Positions 1 through 12,924 of a stretch of 64,000 bases of DNA are shown here, in pieces; position 1 is the first letter of the stretch, and each line of letters begins with the position of its first letter. Both the position numbers and the translations under genes were made by a program. Source of the stretch: Podarcis filfolensis (lineage: Eukaryota); assembly GCA_964270895.1 (NCBI GenBank), contig OZ185441.1. The stretch is one strand, 5' to 3'. Below the pieces are notes generated by a model. That model was not told the origin of the DNA and did not search any database. It saw nothing but the letters and a program-made list of their open reading frames with translations.

Positions 1-294
1 GGATCACTGCATTGTAAGCACAGGAGGCAGAATGGTGAGGCCATCCTCCACAACCCTGGCTGTGATCCCATAGCAGCCCGTTGTAATCATCCTGAGCGTA
101 AAGACATTTCACGCTAGGGCTGCACATTCTGAGACAGTAATGAGGCTGCAATCTATATGAGATGTATGCGTTTGTAGGGGTGGGGACACCAGCCCAGAAA
201 ATTTAAGTGAATCCAGACTTGCCCTGAAGTTTTCGTTACACAAATCCAGTATTGCAGGTGAGGCAAGAGTCACTTTATAAGTAGCAAATTTGAG

Positions 295-470
295 CATAAG
301 CAGAGCCTGTTAGATCTAGTTCAGCATCCTGTTCTCACAGTGGCCAGCCAGATACCTGTGAGAAACCCACAAGCAAGACCCAAATGCAAGAACCCATGGT
401 TTCCAGCAGCCTGCCTTCAGAAGCATTACTGCTTATAACTGTTGAGGTGGAGCGTAGAACAGTCATATGA
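295..470 (-). mobile_element. CR1 LINE 3' UTR fragment
   Basis: CATAAG..AGAGCCTG..GATCTAGTTCAGCATCCTGTTCTCACAGTGGCCAGCCAGA resembles the reverse complement of the squamate CR1 3' end and the 3' end of the CR1 at 59240-60110. Boundaries approximate. Confidence 0.6.
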
Positions 471-1160
471 CCTTGGGAGAAGAACAGGGTGCCTATTATC
501 ACAGACAAAACCACATACAGGCCTCTCAAAGCTGATACTAGCTTTGAAGTGAGTACACATTGTGAAGTGAGTACGCACATCTCTATGAAGGAAAATGACG
601 AAAAAGGAGGATGAAAGACAAGGGGCTCCAATGAGATCTATGGGGATCCCCTTCCATGCGCATAAGAGATTGGATCACACATTCAGTTTTTTATTAAATC
701 TATGTGCTTATTTCAGAAACTGAAATCACTGTGACTGATCTCAGTATCTCTTTCCCCGCCCCACAAATGGGTATTTTTAATCTCCTTGCTTCTCTATTGA
801 CCTTGAATGTTTTATTACTAAATAATGATAAATAAGAGGCAACTAATAAGCATGACCTGCTAGCATTCCTCAACCAGAGAAGAAATGGTTACTGCTGCAA
901 AATATTACTCCACCTGGCTCTCCGTGGTGAAGGTCTTAAATGAAGTCTTTCAAGCAATACAAAAGGAGTAAAACAAAAGTTGGCTGCACTGCATGGGGCC
1001 TTTTGAAAACAATAAAGTGGCATTTACTCAAAAAGTTAGCTTGCTTAATATCCCAGAATTTTAAAAGAGTCTTCAGCAACTACAGACCAAGGCTGCCATC
1101 AAGTGGTTGTTTAGATTATGTTTTACTGACTGCTTATTCTCCAATATGACTAAATAGTGA

Positions 1161-1165
<5 letters not shown>

Positions 1166-1195
<30 letters not shown>
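1166..1195. repeat. (CA)n microsatellite
   Basis: Uninterrupted CA run. Confidence 0.95.
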
Positions 1196-1198
<3 letters not shown>

Positions 1199-2129
1199 GT
1201 GTCACAACTCTTATATGTTTGCAAGACTAGCATTATCAAGTTATGAAGTCTCTTCAGTGGATGAGCAATTGCCTGCCTGCTTTCTCCAAAAGTGCACATA
1301 GCTGTAAAAGTCCTGCCATCTTTTCCCCACTAGAACTGAGAAATTGCTAAATGTCAATTCCTGCCAAGAAGGAGTATTCCTCTGTGGTAAATGATGCCTT
1401 GACCTTTGAGACATACATCCCCCCCCCCCCCCGCTTTCTGTAGCACTATAGCTACTCAGGTTTTTTAGATTTCTCTGTTTTCACATGACACCATAAGCAT
1501 GCCATTGCTATGGAGGCACAGTATTGATATACTGCTCTCTGGAACTGATCCCGGTCCTTTAAGCCAAAAAGTAGCAAAAAAATGCAATCTACAATACAGT
1601 ATATTATTATTACTTACACTTCTGCAACTCGGGGTTGTGGATCTCTTGGTTTGGGTTTGTCTCCATTTCTCATATCTTTGGAATTTAAGTTAGTTTTAAG
1701 GTGGGATTCAACTAATGAATCCCACTAGTAGAAGCCTATGGAAGGACTTCCACTTGTGCAATATGGCTTTCCCCACTCTCCTCCCCTCATGCACCCCCGT
1801 GCCCCCAGAAATCAGCTCAAGGCAGTCAGGAGAATCCCAAGACAGTGGGCAAGGGAAGGATTGTTCTGTCTTGGAAGCTGAAAAGCTTGTGATGACAGAG
1901 CAATTCACATTGCGCCACATTGAATTTCTGCCTAAGTTCTCAACATTTCCACATCAGTTTGTGATTTCTTTTTTTTTTTTTTTAAAGGTAATCGTGAAAA
2001 TTCATCAGTCTTTTAATGCAATTTCTTCCTAATACACACATATTTGTATGCAAATAGACTTCAGAGTGTGCTTGATACAACATATTCTGAGAAATTGCAC
2101 CAAATTATATGGGGCTAGCCACTGCTGGT

Positions 2130-2880
2130 AACCCTTTGGGGAAAGGGCTAAAATGCAGTGGTATCTGCTTTACGTGTAAAAGGTCTCAAGTTCAGTCCTC
2201 AGCATCTCTATTTTTTTTTTTAAATAATTTTTTATTAAAGTTTTACGAAAAGGAAAAATAGAAATTCTCAAAATAAAAAAGAGACCATAAATTACAGAAA
2301 AAGAAACACACAGAGATACAAGAAAAAGAATCACAACTAATTAAAAAAAAAATTAAATTTAAACAAAAAACAAAAAGTAAAAAATAAATCCATTATTCCC
2401 AATAACCTCGAATTCATATGCTTATGTTCTTGACCTCCTCACGCCTCCCCCCTTTTGTATTCCCGTTTAGATATTTAATTCAGCAAATTCTTACCCTTTT
2501 TCAAATATTTAAACTTTATACCATGACACATTCTATATCGATATTTTCAGCCAATCATCAATACCTTTTTTGCATAATCTTATTTAACTTTTATCACTAA
2601 TTACCACTTATTACTAACCCAAGCACAGTTTTAGCATTCATTAATTTTATAGCATTTCTGAAGATAGTCTTTAAATTTCTTCCAGTCTTCTTCCACTAAC
2701 TCTTCTCCCAGGTCTCGGATTCTGCCAGTCATTTCTGCCAATTCCATATAGTCCAGTCCTCAGCATCTCTAGGTGGAAGAGGACCATATATGAAACCTTG
2801 GAGAGTCACTGCCAGTCAGTACAGACAACGCTAAGCTAGATGGGCCAATGGTATGCTGATAAGGCAGCTTCCTATGTTCC
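2130..2880 (+). mobile_element. Squam3/MIR-like SINE interrupted by an L1 insertion
   Basis: tRNA-like head (GGTCTCAAGTTCAGTCCTCAGCATCTCTAGGT) and tail GTCAGTACAGACAAC..AGCTAGATGGGCCAATGG..AAGGCAGCTTCCTATGTTCC. Split by the L1 at 2211-2753. Confidence 0.55.
2211..2753 (-). mobile_element. 5'-truncated L1 LINE (ORF2 C-terminus, 3' UTR, poly-A)
   Basis: Poly-T at 2211. The minus strand encodes DYMELAEMTGRIRDLGEELVEEDWKKFKDYLQK, typical of the squamate L1 ORF2 end. Perfect 18-bp TSD CAGTCCTCAGCATCTCTA at 2193-2210 and 2754-2771. Confidence 0.85.
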
Positions 2881-4227
2881 ATCATCTGTTTGTATGTTCT
2901 CACAAAAAGTTCCTAACTCCACCCAGAAGATTCTTCCACCTGACTTTTGGTGATCCTCCATTTCACCTCAGCTCCCTGTGCTGCAGCCACCCCCATTCAG
3001 CATGGTCCACAACCCTTTTTAGGGGGATAATTGACAGCCAGGGATGAGAAGGGGGCAAGAAACTTAACCTTCCACCAGTATTTCTCTGAATTCAACACCA
3101 AAGCAACTGTAGAGCTAAATAATGAAGCAAAGGTCATTTCAAATAATATTTGTCTGATAAGCATAACATGACAACTGAGTCCGCAAGTGGGCCTGTCACA
3201 AAATGACAGAACATGTAAATGTGTAAACATGAAATAAAAAGCAAAATTCAGAAAATTCAGAAAACTGAAAATTAACAATGGTGCCTAAAATATAATAATG
3301 AGTTGTGTTGCTATATCAGTTGCAAGTCCCACTGTTCCTTCTGTTGACAAGATTTTGAAAATGTTATGCCCATGTTTGCACACTTATTTTCTGAGCATTT
3401 TTCCTAATTCTTTTATGGGTTTTGTATGTGCAGTTTTACACCTATACAAGCATTTTTCAAACAACATGGACGTCCCTCAACATAACACAAAACACAGAAA
3501 ACCAAAGTAATCAGATTTAAAGCAGTTCAACCTATTTATTTCTGTGGGATTGAACAACCCATTTGCCTTAACTGTGCTGTGGATTGGAATGAATGAGCAG
3601 GAGCAATCCTATTTTGATTTTAGATACCAGGTCTTAGTTTTCCTTACATCCACATGGGGGCATCACTGACCTACAAAATATTAATATATTGAAATCACTG
3701 AAATACTTGAGACACACAGTGAGTCACTGCACTTATTACATCTGACACACCTTTAGGTTATGAGGAGCTTTCCCAGTATATTGCCAGATCTTTTGTGATA
3801 TCCCACAAAGCACTCTCTGAAACGTCATGTAAACAAGGGTCCAACAAAATCCTTTCTAAAAATATGTCAGAAATAACTCTCAGTGCAATCCCTTCCCAAT
3901 TTGATTGTCCTTGCTTACCACATATCCTTTCAAAATAAAAAATAAATCTGACCTTTTTGGAATGACTCTCTCACTGTATTTTTCCTCTGCCAGAGGACTT
4001 TGGGTGAGGAGGACTTTTATTGCAGATAATTATATTTATTCTTCTTGTAGTTTAGTCCAAGGGCTTTCTTGTATATTAACTAGGGAGACGAGCATTTCTC
4101 TCCTCAAATATGATTCTCTACATGCTCACATACTTGCCTGTTCATTCCCAGTAACAGACAAGCAGGTAGCTAAATATATGAGTCTATTTTTTAATTTATA
4201 ACCCTTTCAGAACTGTTTAATATTTTA

Positions 4228-4829
4228 GGAAGAGATCCTGTGGGGAGGCTGCCTCTCTGCGCCTCTCTCTCGCTCTGCTCTGAGGGTTGCCATGGCGTCA
4301 AGGTTACTGCGGGTGTGCGGGGCCCTGCGAGGCCTCAGAGCGGGCCGGAGTCCCCTGGGCCGGGGGCCGCTGCGCCTGACGGGGGCCGCCCGCTCCATGG
4401 GCGCCGGAGGTATTCCCAGTGATGAAGAACAGGCTACAGGAATGGAGAGGAAAACCATGAAAGCTTTAGAGAAGGGGCTGGATCCTTACAACATGCTACC
4501 ACCCAAACGATATGCTGGAACAAAGGAAGACCCCAACATAGTCCCTTCAATTACAGACAAGAGGCTTGTGGGCTGCATCTGTGAAGAGGACAACAGCACT
4601 GTGATCTGGTTCTGGCTGCACAAGGGAAATCCCCAGCGCTGCCCCTCCTGTGGAGCCCATTACAAGTTGGTTGGCTACCAATTGCCCTGATTTGGCTTCA
4701 AAGCTTTGCTGAGCTCTCCATTTATGATTTCTGGATACAGGGCTGAGCGACGTAGATGTTTATGTCACGATGTATCACATTCCTTGAAACCTAATAAAGT
4801 CTTTGACTCATTGTGTGAAAAAAAAAAAA
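4228..4829 (+). other. COX5B: Processed retrocopy of COX5B mRNA (5' UTR, CDS, 3' UTR, poly-A)
   Basis: Intronless. AATAAA at 4793-4798 and A12 tail at 4818-4829. Perfect 20-bp TSD CAGAACTGTTTAATATTTTA at 4208-4227 and 4830-4849. Confidence 0.95.
4292..4690 (+). CDS. COX5B: Cytochrome c oxidase subunit 5B, mitochondrial; intact ORF in a retrocopy (expression unknown)
   Basis: 132 aa starting in a strong Kozak context (GCCATGG). Arg-rich mitochondrial targeting peptide, then [65 protein letters not shown], with all four zinc-binding cysteines present. Confidence 0.93.
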   Translation: MASRLLRVCGALRGLRAGRSPLGRGPLRLTGAARSMGAGGIPSDEEQATGMERKTMKALEKGLDPYNMLPPKRYAGTKEDPNIVPSITDKRLVGCICEEDNSTVIWFWLHKGNPQRCPSCGAHYKLVGYQLP

Positions 4830-4944
4830 CAGAACTGTTTAATATTTTAAAAATCTCTAAGCCATGTACGCTATGTACAATATAAAAACAATGTCCATTA
4901 ATAGAAAATTACACTCTAAAATGGGGATATGTGGTGTTATGGGA

Positions 4945-5390
4945 AAGGTAGTAACTCTGGTGGGAGACACGTCATGCTCCTTCTGGGGTAGTTTGTCCAC
5001 GTTTGTACCCACCCTACACTCAGATCTCACCTGGGTGTCCTAAAAGCTGTCAGTATGTGACAGCAGCCACACCTGAGATTCCCAGGAATGATTTCAATTG
5101 TCTGACTAAACCAGGCAAGGGTAATGGATGGGTCTCAAACTCACAGTGAGTTAGGAACTTCCCTAGCAAGTGAAGACAGTCTCCAGTGGATTGAGCAGAC
5201 CAGATCAATAGTGGGTCCAACAGCCAAGAAGACAATTTCTGCACATGCTGTAGAGAGAACTGAGCGACAGATGGGGCTCATCAACATGGGAAGGCAGCCT
5301 ATCTAGGAGAAGAAAAACTCTGATCCTAAACCAGTATTCACTGCCTGGCAACCTTGTCTGGAGATTTCCAGGACTAAACCTACAACATTC
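4945..5390 (+). mobile_element. Probable RTE-clade LINE 5' UTR fragment
   Basis: GGGAAGGCAGCCTATCTAGGAGAAGAAAAACTCTGATCCTAAACC resembles the leader of amniote RTE elements. No ORF follows. Confidence 0.35.
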
Positions 5391-7293
5391 TGCATGTAAT
5401 GCATGTGATCTGCCACCGTTGTCCTAAAATAAACCTGACCCAGAAAAAGGTCCTTTGTATGGTAAAAAGGAGGATAATACTGCATATCCATAGAGCAGCT
5501 GCAGCTTGTACTATGTAGGTGACCTTGATTTGAAAATTATATAGCTTTCCCACTTTATTATTTTTCAAAAGAGAAAATCAAATAATTATTTTTGTTCCTG
5601 AACAAAATAAACATTTTCATCATAGCTAATGAGAAAGAAGGTTCTGATTTCAATTTCTGAAAGGTTTGAATATTAGCAAGTACAGCATGTAATCCTTTGA
5701 TACTCTAAGGGCTGATTCACACATGCATGTAAATAACTGTCTCTCATTACCCCAATTAAGCAACACTTAGTGACTTGAAGCTGAATTAATGAAGCGACAC
5801 CATTAAAACACATTGTATTGGAAGTGCAGCAAGGTCATATTAAAGTTCACACTTGCATTTTATCTCTGAAGGCTTTTTCTAGAACTGTGTGCAGATGGAC
5901 TTCTGTTTGTAGACGGAGAAAAGAGAGGGGGGAAATTCACCAAATTTATCCAGGAGGAGAGGAGAAATTATCAAACAGCTGCAACTCATCCCTGTAGAGC
6001 AGCCTGGCAACAATATTGCCTCCACGATGCCTAAGTGTCAGTCACTAGAGGGGAGGGGAGATGGCAGTCACCTTGACAGAAGAAATGTTGGAGAAAATTC
6101 AGAGAAAAGTCTACAAAGTTGCCTACATTTTTTAATGGGGACAATGTGTGAGGAGAAGGAAAATCCCAGAAATTCTCTCCAAAAAAGCCTTCTGAGAAAT
6201 TTGATGAGTGTCTTCTGAGAAGCTCAGCTCTGTCATTCATACCTAGAATATTTCAGTTGATAGTAGTCATCAAACAATAAATTTACCTGTGTGGATCAGT
6301 CCTAACAAAAAGCCATGTGGACATGCTCTAAATTTGTAAGACAAACTTCCTTTATACAGAGGTGGATTTACAGGAGCGCAACTGTTTCAGTCGCACTGAG
6401 TGCGGACTCTCAGGGCACCGCGAGGGACGCCACAACTATGATTTACAATGGAGTGAGAGAAGCAGAGGAGTGCTGAATTTTGGCATAGCACAAGGTGCTA
6501 TTGGAATTTGAGACCCCCAAGATCCACAATGCTTTATATTTTATATACCTTTAGCAGATGAATGCATCATGGAAAGGGTAAATGTTGAGTAACAGCAAAA
6601 AGAAGTTAATGCAAGTCTAAGGCAAATATTGCTGGATACCCCTACTACCCCTTCTGAAAAGCCTAATTGTTTCACCAATATCTTACCATGGACTCAGTCA
6701 CTGTTGTACTTACTGAGAAGTAGAACAGTGTAACGTGTGGTTTGTGAAACATAAATAGGTATAATTACCATTAATAACAATTTGCATTACCATTGCTGCA
6801 GCCAACAGAACCAATTAGGGACTGGAAGTTATAATTGAGTCACTGAAAAGGGCAAAGTAATACCCTTTCAAGGAAGCTGTCTCTGAATGGATTGCTCTTT
6901 GGATAATGAAGCTGGGTGAATAAAGAGGGAAGCAGCTCTGAAATTAGCCTACAAAACATAAATTGAAGACAAGAAGATGTCATATGATTTATAAATGGCA
7001 CTGAAATGCACAGACACACCATTAAAAAAACAAGAAGCTCCTTTTTCACTGCCTAAACTATTATTGTTCTTAATGTACCATCTCTCCTAGGTTTTTGCAG
7101 TGGAAATAATTCTGCTGAACAAAGTGCTCTTATTAGCGACTGACAAGTGTTCTGCATTTATATTTTTCCAGGCAAATTAATTATGTGACCACCTGCCCTG
7201 CTTGAAATAACATCCTTAAATCTCACTACAGATCTCTGTACCAGAAGCAAAATCCTACACACCTACTTTGTTCTTATCTATGCCCTCTGCTGT

Positions 7294-7650
7294 GGGACGC
7301 GGGTGGTGCTGTGGGTAAAACCTCAGCGCCTAGGACTTGCCGATCGCATGGTCGGCGGTTTGAATCCCCGTGGCGGGGTGCGCTCCCGTCGTTCGGTCCC
7401 AGCGCCTGCCAACCTAGCAGTTCGAAAGCACCCCCGGGTGCAAGTAGATAAATAGGGACCGCTTACCAGCGGGAAGGTAAACGGCGTTCCGTGTGTTGCG
7501 CTGGCTCGCCAGAAGCAGCTTGTCACGCTGGCCACGTGACCCGGAAGTGTCTGCGGACAGCGCTGGCTCCCGGCTTCTAGAGTGAGATGAGCGCACAACC
7601 CTAGAGTCTGTCAAGACTGGCCCGTACGGGCAGGGGTACCTTTACCTTTT
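7294..7650 (+). mobile_element. Sauria SINE, full length
   Basis: GGGACGCGGGTGGTGCTGTGG head, CCTGCCAACCTAGCAGTTCGAAAGCA core and (ACCTTT)n tail. 13-bp TSD TATGCCCTCTGCT at 7279-7291 and 7651-7663. Confidence 0.9.
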
Positions 7651-8845
7651 TATGCCCTCTGCTCCTCTCCATGCCAGCTCAGAGTAAAAGTGGGAGAATT
7701 GTTCCATGTGTCTAACTCTTTACATTTAACATACACTTTAATAAATGCAAATAGTTTAACTCTTTCTTTCCCCTGCTGTGGTTCTGACAAAAATCACTCC
7801 TTCAACGCTGCTATTTGCCTCAGTAGGAAAAGCTTCCATTGGTGCCAATGGGAGCTTTCCAACCAATGCAAATATCTGCTTCAGAGGACTAACCTTATAT
7901 TTTAAAAATGGTGAATGTTAATTGCTTTCATAAAATTAACCCTGTGGCAATACCCTTGTGCACCACCACATTCACAGCAGGAAGGATACTTCATTATTGG
8001 AGCACAGGGTATATTGCCCACTGCTAAGGCTTAGCTCTCATTTTCAGCTTGCTCAACTTTTGCTACTATCTACTTTTTAGTATTTTATTCTTTATATCTC
8101 AAAACACCTTCATACTGAATTTCTTTCAATATCAGGGAAGATAAGGTTTTATCCATGTGGGTCAGTCTATTGTAAACTCAAGAAGAGAGTCATGAATGTT
8201 CCAGGAAGGATTATAAAATTTAATCTACTTGGCTTGTACTTCAAGGACACAGAAAATAGTAGAAGTCTAGCTTTCAGGAGCTATGGTGTGATTCTGAGTC
8301 CATAAGTACCTCCACGTCATTGTTTCATTAAGCAAACAGACTTAGAATCAGGGCCAGCTCACTTATGAGGCAAGGTAATGCAGCCACCTCAGGTGGCAGA
8401 AGCCTCTGAGGTGGTGCCCCTGTGAGTACCCTGCCTGTCTCACCACCTTCACCACCCATTTTTGGCAAGGTTTTGTGAAATATCACTGGAATCTGCCATT
8501 GCTGTCATTCTCGCTGCTTTGTGCTACTGCTGCGCAACCTAGCTAAGGGATGCTTTGGCAGGGGCAGGTCAGCATAGCGGCAGCAGGGCAGGGCAGGGCA
8601 GTACTTCCTGTTTTGCCTCAAACAGTGCTACCCCTGCTTGGAGTGGAAACAGCCACCTCAAACACACAGTTGCTGAAATAATGAAGAGGCCAAGAGGCAT
8701 AGTTTCAAGGAGGAAACGCTGGATGGGAATGCGGAGTGCTTAAATCTTCCCCATGCCTGTCTCTGTCCCTTCCCTCAAAAAAAAAAAAATCTCCACCTTA
8801 AAGCTGTTTTTCCCTTACTTAGATTCACCCACACATGGTCTACAT

Positions 8846-8981
8846 CAGCCATCCCCAACCTTCGGCCCTCTAGATGTTTTGGACTACAATTCCCATCATC
8901 CCTGACTACTGGTCCTGTTAGCTAGGGATCATGGGAGTTGTAGGCCAAAACATCTGGAGGGCCGCAGGTTGGGGATGCCTG
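8846..8981. mobile_element. Palindromic hAT-type MITE
   Basis: Nearly the whole element is an inverted repeat (CAGCCATCCCCAACCT ... AGGTTGGGGATGCCTG). 8-bp TSD GTCTACAT at 8838-8845 and 8982-8989. Confidence 0.88.
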
Positions 8982-9685
8982 GTCTACATCAAGTAAACAG
9001 CTTTCTCACATAGAGCCAAGTCCCTGATTCAAAAGGTACATTCCAATATTGTGATAGTGGGGGCAGGATGAAGATTCTACAAATGCGAGACAGAAAATTG
9101 ACATCAGGAAACTTGAAACTAGAATAGCAAAATCCTATGTTCATCTAGAAGCTAGATTTGCAAAGGGAATCTGTACAGTTTTTCTTTCATTATTGCCATT
9201 TATCCTGCCAGTGTATATGGTATCCTTGGCTACAGAGTGGTTTGAAATTCATAAGTTGCAACCAACAATCAAGAACATTTTTTTTGTTTTTAAATTATGA
9301 GTTTACTTGCATTCTACCAAATTGAACTACTGTCTAGAATAGCAGCACTGACAATTTAAGAAATCATTTCTGTTTTCAACACTGAAATACGATGGCCAAT
9401 ATGAAGTCTCCAACAAGTCAGAAATAAGATGAAATTAACTCTGTTGTGCCAGACCATATTTTGTTTGTGTTACAGTATCAGTTCATCAAACAATAAATCA
9501 AAATGTACTTTGAAAATGATGTTTTGACATGTCATACACTTGTGTCCAAATGAGACTAGACTGGTGTCCCCTTCCACTCAAAGCATACAAGATGGCGGTC
9601 CAGAACAGTGGTTCCCAACCTTTTTGGTATGGAGACCTACAAATCCAAATCTTTAATAAAAATTATTATTATTACTTTAAAAGAA

Positions 9686-9790
9686 GGAACAAAGGAAGCT
9701 GCCTTATATTAACTTGGACCATTGGTCCACCTGGCTTAGTATTGTTGAAACTGACTGGCAGAAGCTCTCCCAGGTCTCAGAGAAGGCTCT
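9686..9790 (-). mobile_element. Squam3-like SINE 3' fragment
   Basis: GGAAC..AGGAAGCTGCCTTATA...GGACCATTGGTCCACCTGGCTTAGTATTG is the reverse complement of the tail seen at 2820-2880. Confidence 0.55.
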
Positions 9791-9889
9791 AGCCCTAGCC
9801 AGGGAAGGCAAGGTTTATCTCCTTGCAGCACTCTCCTTCAGGGTCTCACAAGAATCATCCCACATGGTCTCATGAGAGGGAGAAGGCCC

Positions 9890-10496
9890 TGGTCATGAGG
9901 GTTCAGGGCCATTTTGCCCCATGAGCTTCATAAGCACCCCCCATCCTCAGTGTTAGAGCTACTTGGGTCACTGGTTGACAGGAAAGGACAGGGGTTTTTT
10001 CCTCCCAACCTCAATTGGTTGGGAGGGTGTGGCGTTTGCCCATTCCTTGTGATTTCGTTTGTACAGGGGGATGGAAATGGTTAATGTAGATTGAACAATG
10101 AGAAAGCTCAGAGGCGGAGCTTACCTGGTTTTGAGGCTCAGCCCAGAGGTTTTACCACTGGGAGATAGAGGAGTCAGAATCAGACAGAGCCAGTAAGACG
10201 AACATAGCAGTTGCGACAGCTAGAGTGAGAGACAGGGATAGAACTGAGAGAGAAGAGTGTGACAGTGTGAGATAGTGCCACATCTAGTTAAGGGTGCGCA
10301 TTTGAGAAACCATTCTGAATATATTTAAAACTTGCTTGTTCTTCAATAAACTTTAATCTTCGTTGTTGACTTTACAACCTGACTGAGACTCAGTATTTCA
10401 CCAGAAGAAACCTGGTTGGTGGTAGCGGAAGAATAAAGCAGTGGTGTACAGGTCAATAGTCCGTGAAATGACCGGGAGCTCTGTACGATTGCCGCA
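9890..10496 (+). mobile_element. LTR-like repeat (possible solo LTR)
   Basis: GC-richer island with AATAAA near 10345 that ends ..GCCGCA. No TSD found and the start is uncertain. Confidence 0.3.
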
Positions 10497-12351
10497 GAGG
10501 GTTTTCAGGATTCCCTCAATGAATTGCTTCATTATGTTAGGCACTTGCAAAACAAATGTTGTCATAACTTTGTGTATAAATGGCATTGGGCAGAAACAGC
10601 ATACTAACGGGGGTGGGCATAAGGGGCATGAGAGAGGGACTGGCTCAAGGCAAGCCTTAGGCTCAGGTAGGGTCCCTGCCTTCCTAGATTATCTCTCCCC
10701 AGTTGCACACTGGGATTCCAGATGCTTGGCTTGCACCATGTCAAGGTTCAACACTGGCTGACTCCCATGGTGGGACTTTGGGTGCTTCCCAACCCCAATG
10801 GAGTGTCATTCCATCAGCAAGGGCTGAATGGAATAAGGAATTGATCCTCTCCCTACTGCTATGTTTAATCTGTAAAGGTGTGGTCTAGGGTGTTCCTATT
10901 TTCAGCAGAGAAATGTTGGAGGGGACAGATTTCACCCAACACTAGCGTCCTACCTGAGTTATTTGTGCCACACTCACAAGTCACGAATACTAATAGGCAC
11001 CTGCCTGAGCAAAAACATCTTCCTATAAGCAGGAGAGACCTCCAAGTGCAGCAACTCTCAAGAAACCCACAGCTGCAGAGCATTTTATTCAGAATACTTC
11101 TGAGGAAATTATGTGCTCTTCAGAAATGGCTCGAGGCAACTACCACATGGAAATTTATACATATTTGCTTGCTCCACTTCGGTGTTGTTTTGCTTCGAGC
11201 CAGAAAAAAATATGGAAGCTTTTCAATAGTATATTTGCTTATGACAAACTGATATTATTTATTTAAAATGCAACAATAAAACTGAGTGATTCATCTTATG
11301 GGCAAAGGGGTTGAAGGTCAACAGCAGTTTGCAGAACGTGCTCACAGTCACCACATAGCAGTACATTAATGTTAGCAAAATTGTACTGTATGCAGACAAT
11401 AGATAACCTGTCTGTCTTTCAGTATGAACCCATATATGCCATAGGTCTTAGTCTTCTGTGTTTATAGGACTAAGAAGCCCACTTCTGGTTAAATCCAAAT
11501 AGAATCAGTATATTTATTAGGATCTCCTAAAAATAAAAGTCACAAACAGAAAGCTACCTGTATATAGAATAGTTCTTTTATACAAAACAATCACAGATTG
11601 CAGTAAGGTGTGCAGTGGTAAAGAAACTACCCCGTGAGAATAAAAAACTAGCAATTCTTGTTTTGTTTTGTTCTCCCATGTGTCAATATGAGAGATTCCA
11701 TTTTTTATATAACTGGTTGTGTAACTATGCTGTGAAAAAAATATATTATTACAGACATTACTCTTAATTAATGAATTTCAGGGACAGGTTACCATACTCA
11801 CTGGTCAATTCTGACAAGCGGGCCATGGCAACTTGTCACATACACTGACTGCTGCAGTTTTCTCTCATACAAAATGTGTATTGGAAAAGCTCTGAGGTCT
11901 GAGGTCATTGTCATTATTAGCATGTACAATTTTATGGCAGTTACTGTTTTTTTGTAAAATAATTTATAACCTGTTGCCATGGAAATGACCACTCATGGTC
12001 ATGTCACTAGGTTCTAAGCAGGTTTCTTTTCCTGCAAATTTCTATAATAATTCATTGTAAAAATAAGATGAAAGCAGTGGAACAGATTTGGCATTATAAG
12101 TCAAGCAGTGTGGGGGTTTATTTCTATTTTTAAAAAGAACCCTTGTGGTTTTTTAAAGAAAGAATGGATAAAAATTGCATCAATGTTTTTTTTTTTTCTT
12201 CTAACAGTATAATGAGAACAAATATAACAGATTAATGAAAATATTCATTAAAGACCAGGTGCAGTCTCTTTATTTCAATTCTCAATAGCAGTTAACCCCT
12301 TTAATTATGATTGTAATAGAAACTCAGGTTGTGACTCCAGATATTTTTCAT

Positions 12352-12418
12352 GTAGATTGTGGAAATGTTGTGGACCTAATTTATCTTTCTTTCAGCAAAG
12401 CATGTGACAAAGTCTCCC
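12352..12418 (+). mobile_element. CR1 reverse transcriptase fragment
   Basis: Translates as DCGNVVDLIYLSFSKACDKV, matching the CR1 motif VDxxYLDFSKAFDKV. Confidence 0.55.
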
Positions 12419-12483
12419 TTGATTCTATGAGTGTCTGTCCCTGGCATTGTCAATTTTCAGGAGGAATTTAAAAGCACACTGGT

Positions 12484-12905
12484 AGTAATGGACTGGCTGG
12501 TTGGAGAGAAGTGGTGGGAGGCACTAACTCCCAAAGAAAGAAGTTTGGAGGCAGGGGATTAGTGGTGAGATGATGATGAGTGGTCAGAGGGAGAAGAGGA
12601 GTAGACTGGGAGGAGAAGGAGGTGTCAGAAGCTGAAGAGGTAACTGGGTCTAGTGAGCAGGAAGAGGCTGTGGCAGAGAGCAGTTCAGGATTAGAGGCAG
12701 AAGCAGAGGCTGGAGAGGAAGGGAGCCAGGAGGCAGAGATGAGGCAGACTGCTGAAAAAGCCAGAGAGTCTCCCCCTCTTGCTGTGACCAGCTCCCCTCC
12801 CCCTGGTCTCCCAGAACCCACAGAGGTATGAAGAGGGTAGAGCAAAAACAGGCAAGGTGGAGAAGTCTCAGGTTGCTTGGGAAAGAACCGGAGAAGGAGT
12901 TAGGG
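12484..12905 (+). mobile_element. Purine-rich LTR-like repeat, truncated against the Ngaro element
   Basis: Its start (AGTAATGGACTGGCTGG..GAGAAGTGGTGGGAGGCAC) matches a second copy at 38106-38150 (TGTCATGGTCTGGCTGG..GAGGAGCGGTGGGAGGCAC). It accounts for the Glu-rich ORF at 12580-12831. Confidence 0.45.
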
Positions 12906-12924
12906 GGCTGTGGAAAGTACCTTC

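Noticed and set aside
4225-4458. Overlapping ORFs at 4225-4458 (-) and 4240-4422 (+)
   Set aside because: Alternative-frame shadows of the GC-rich COX5B 5' region.
7294-7370. tRNA-like sequence with A/B-box features
   Set aside because: It is the tRNA-derived head of a Sauria SINE, not a tRNA gene. The same applies to the other SINE heads.
12468-12845. Glu-rich ORF (12580-12831) and its Ser-rich antisense ORF
   Set aside because: Low-complexity by-products of a purine-rich LTR-like repeat.
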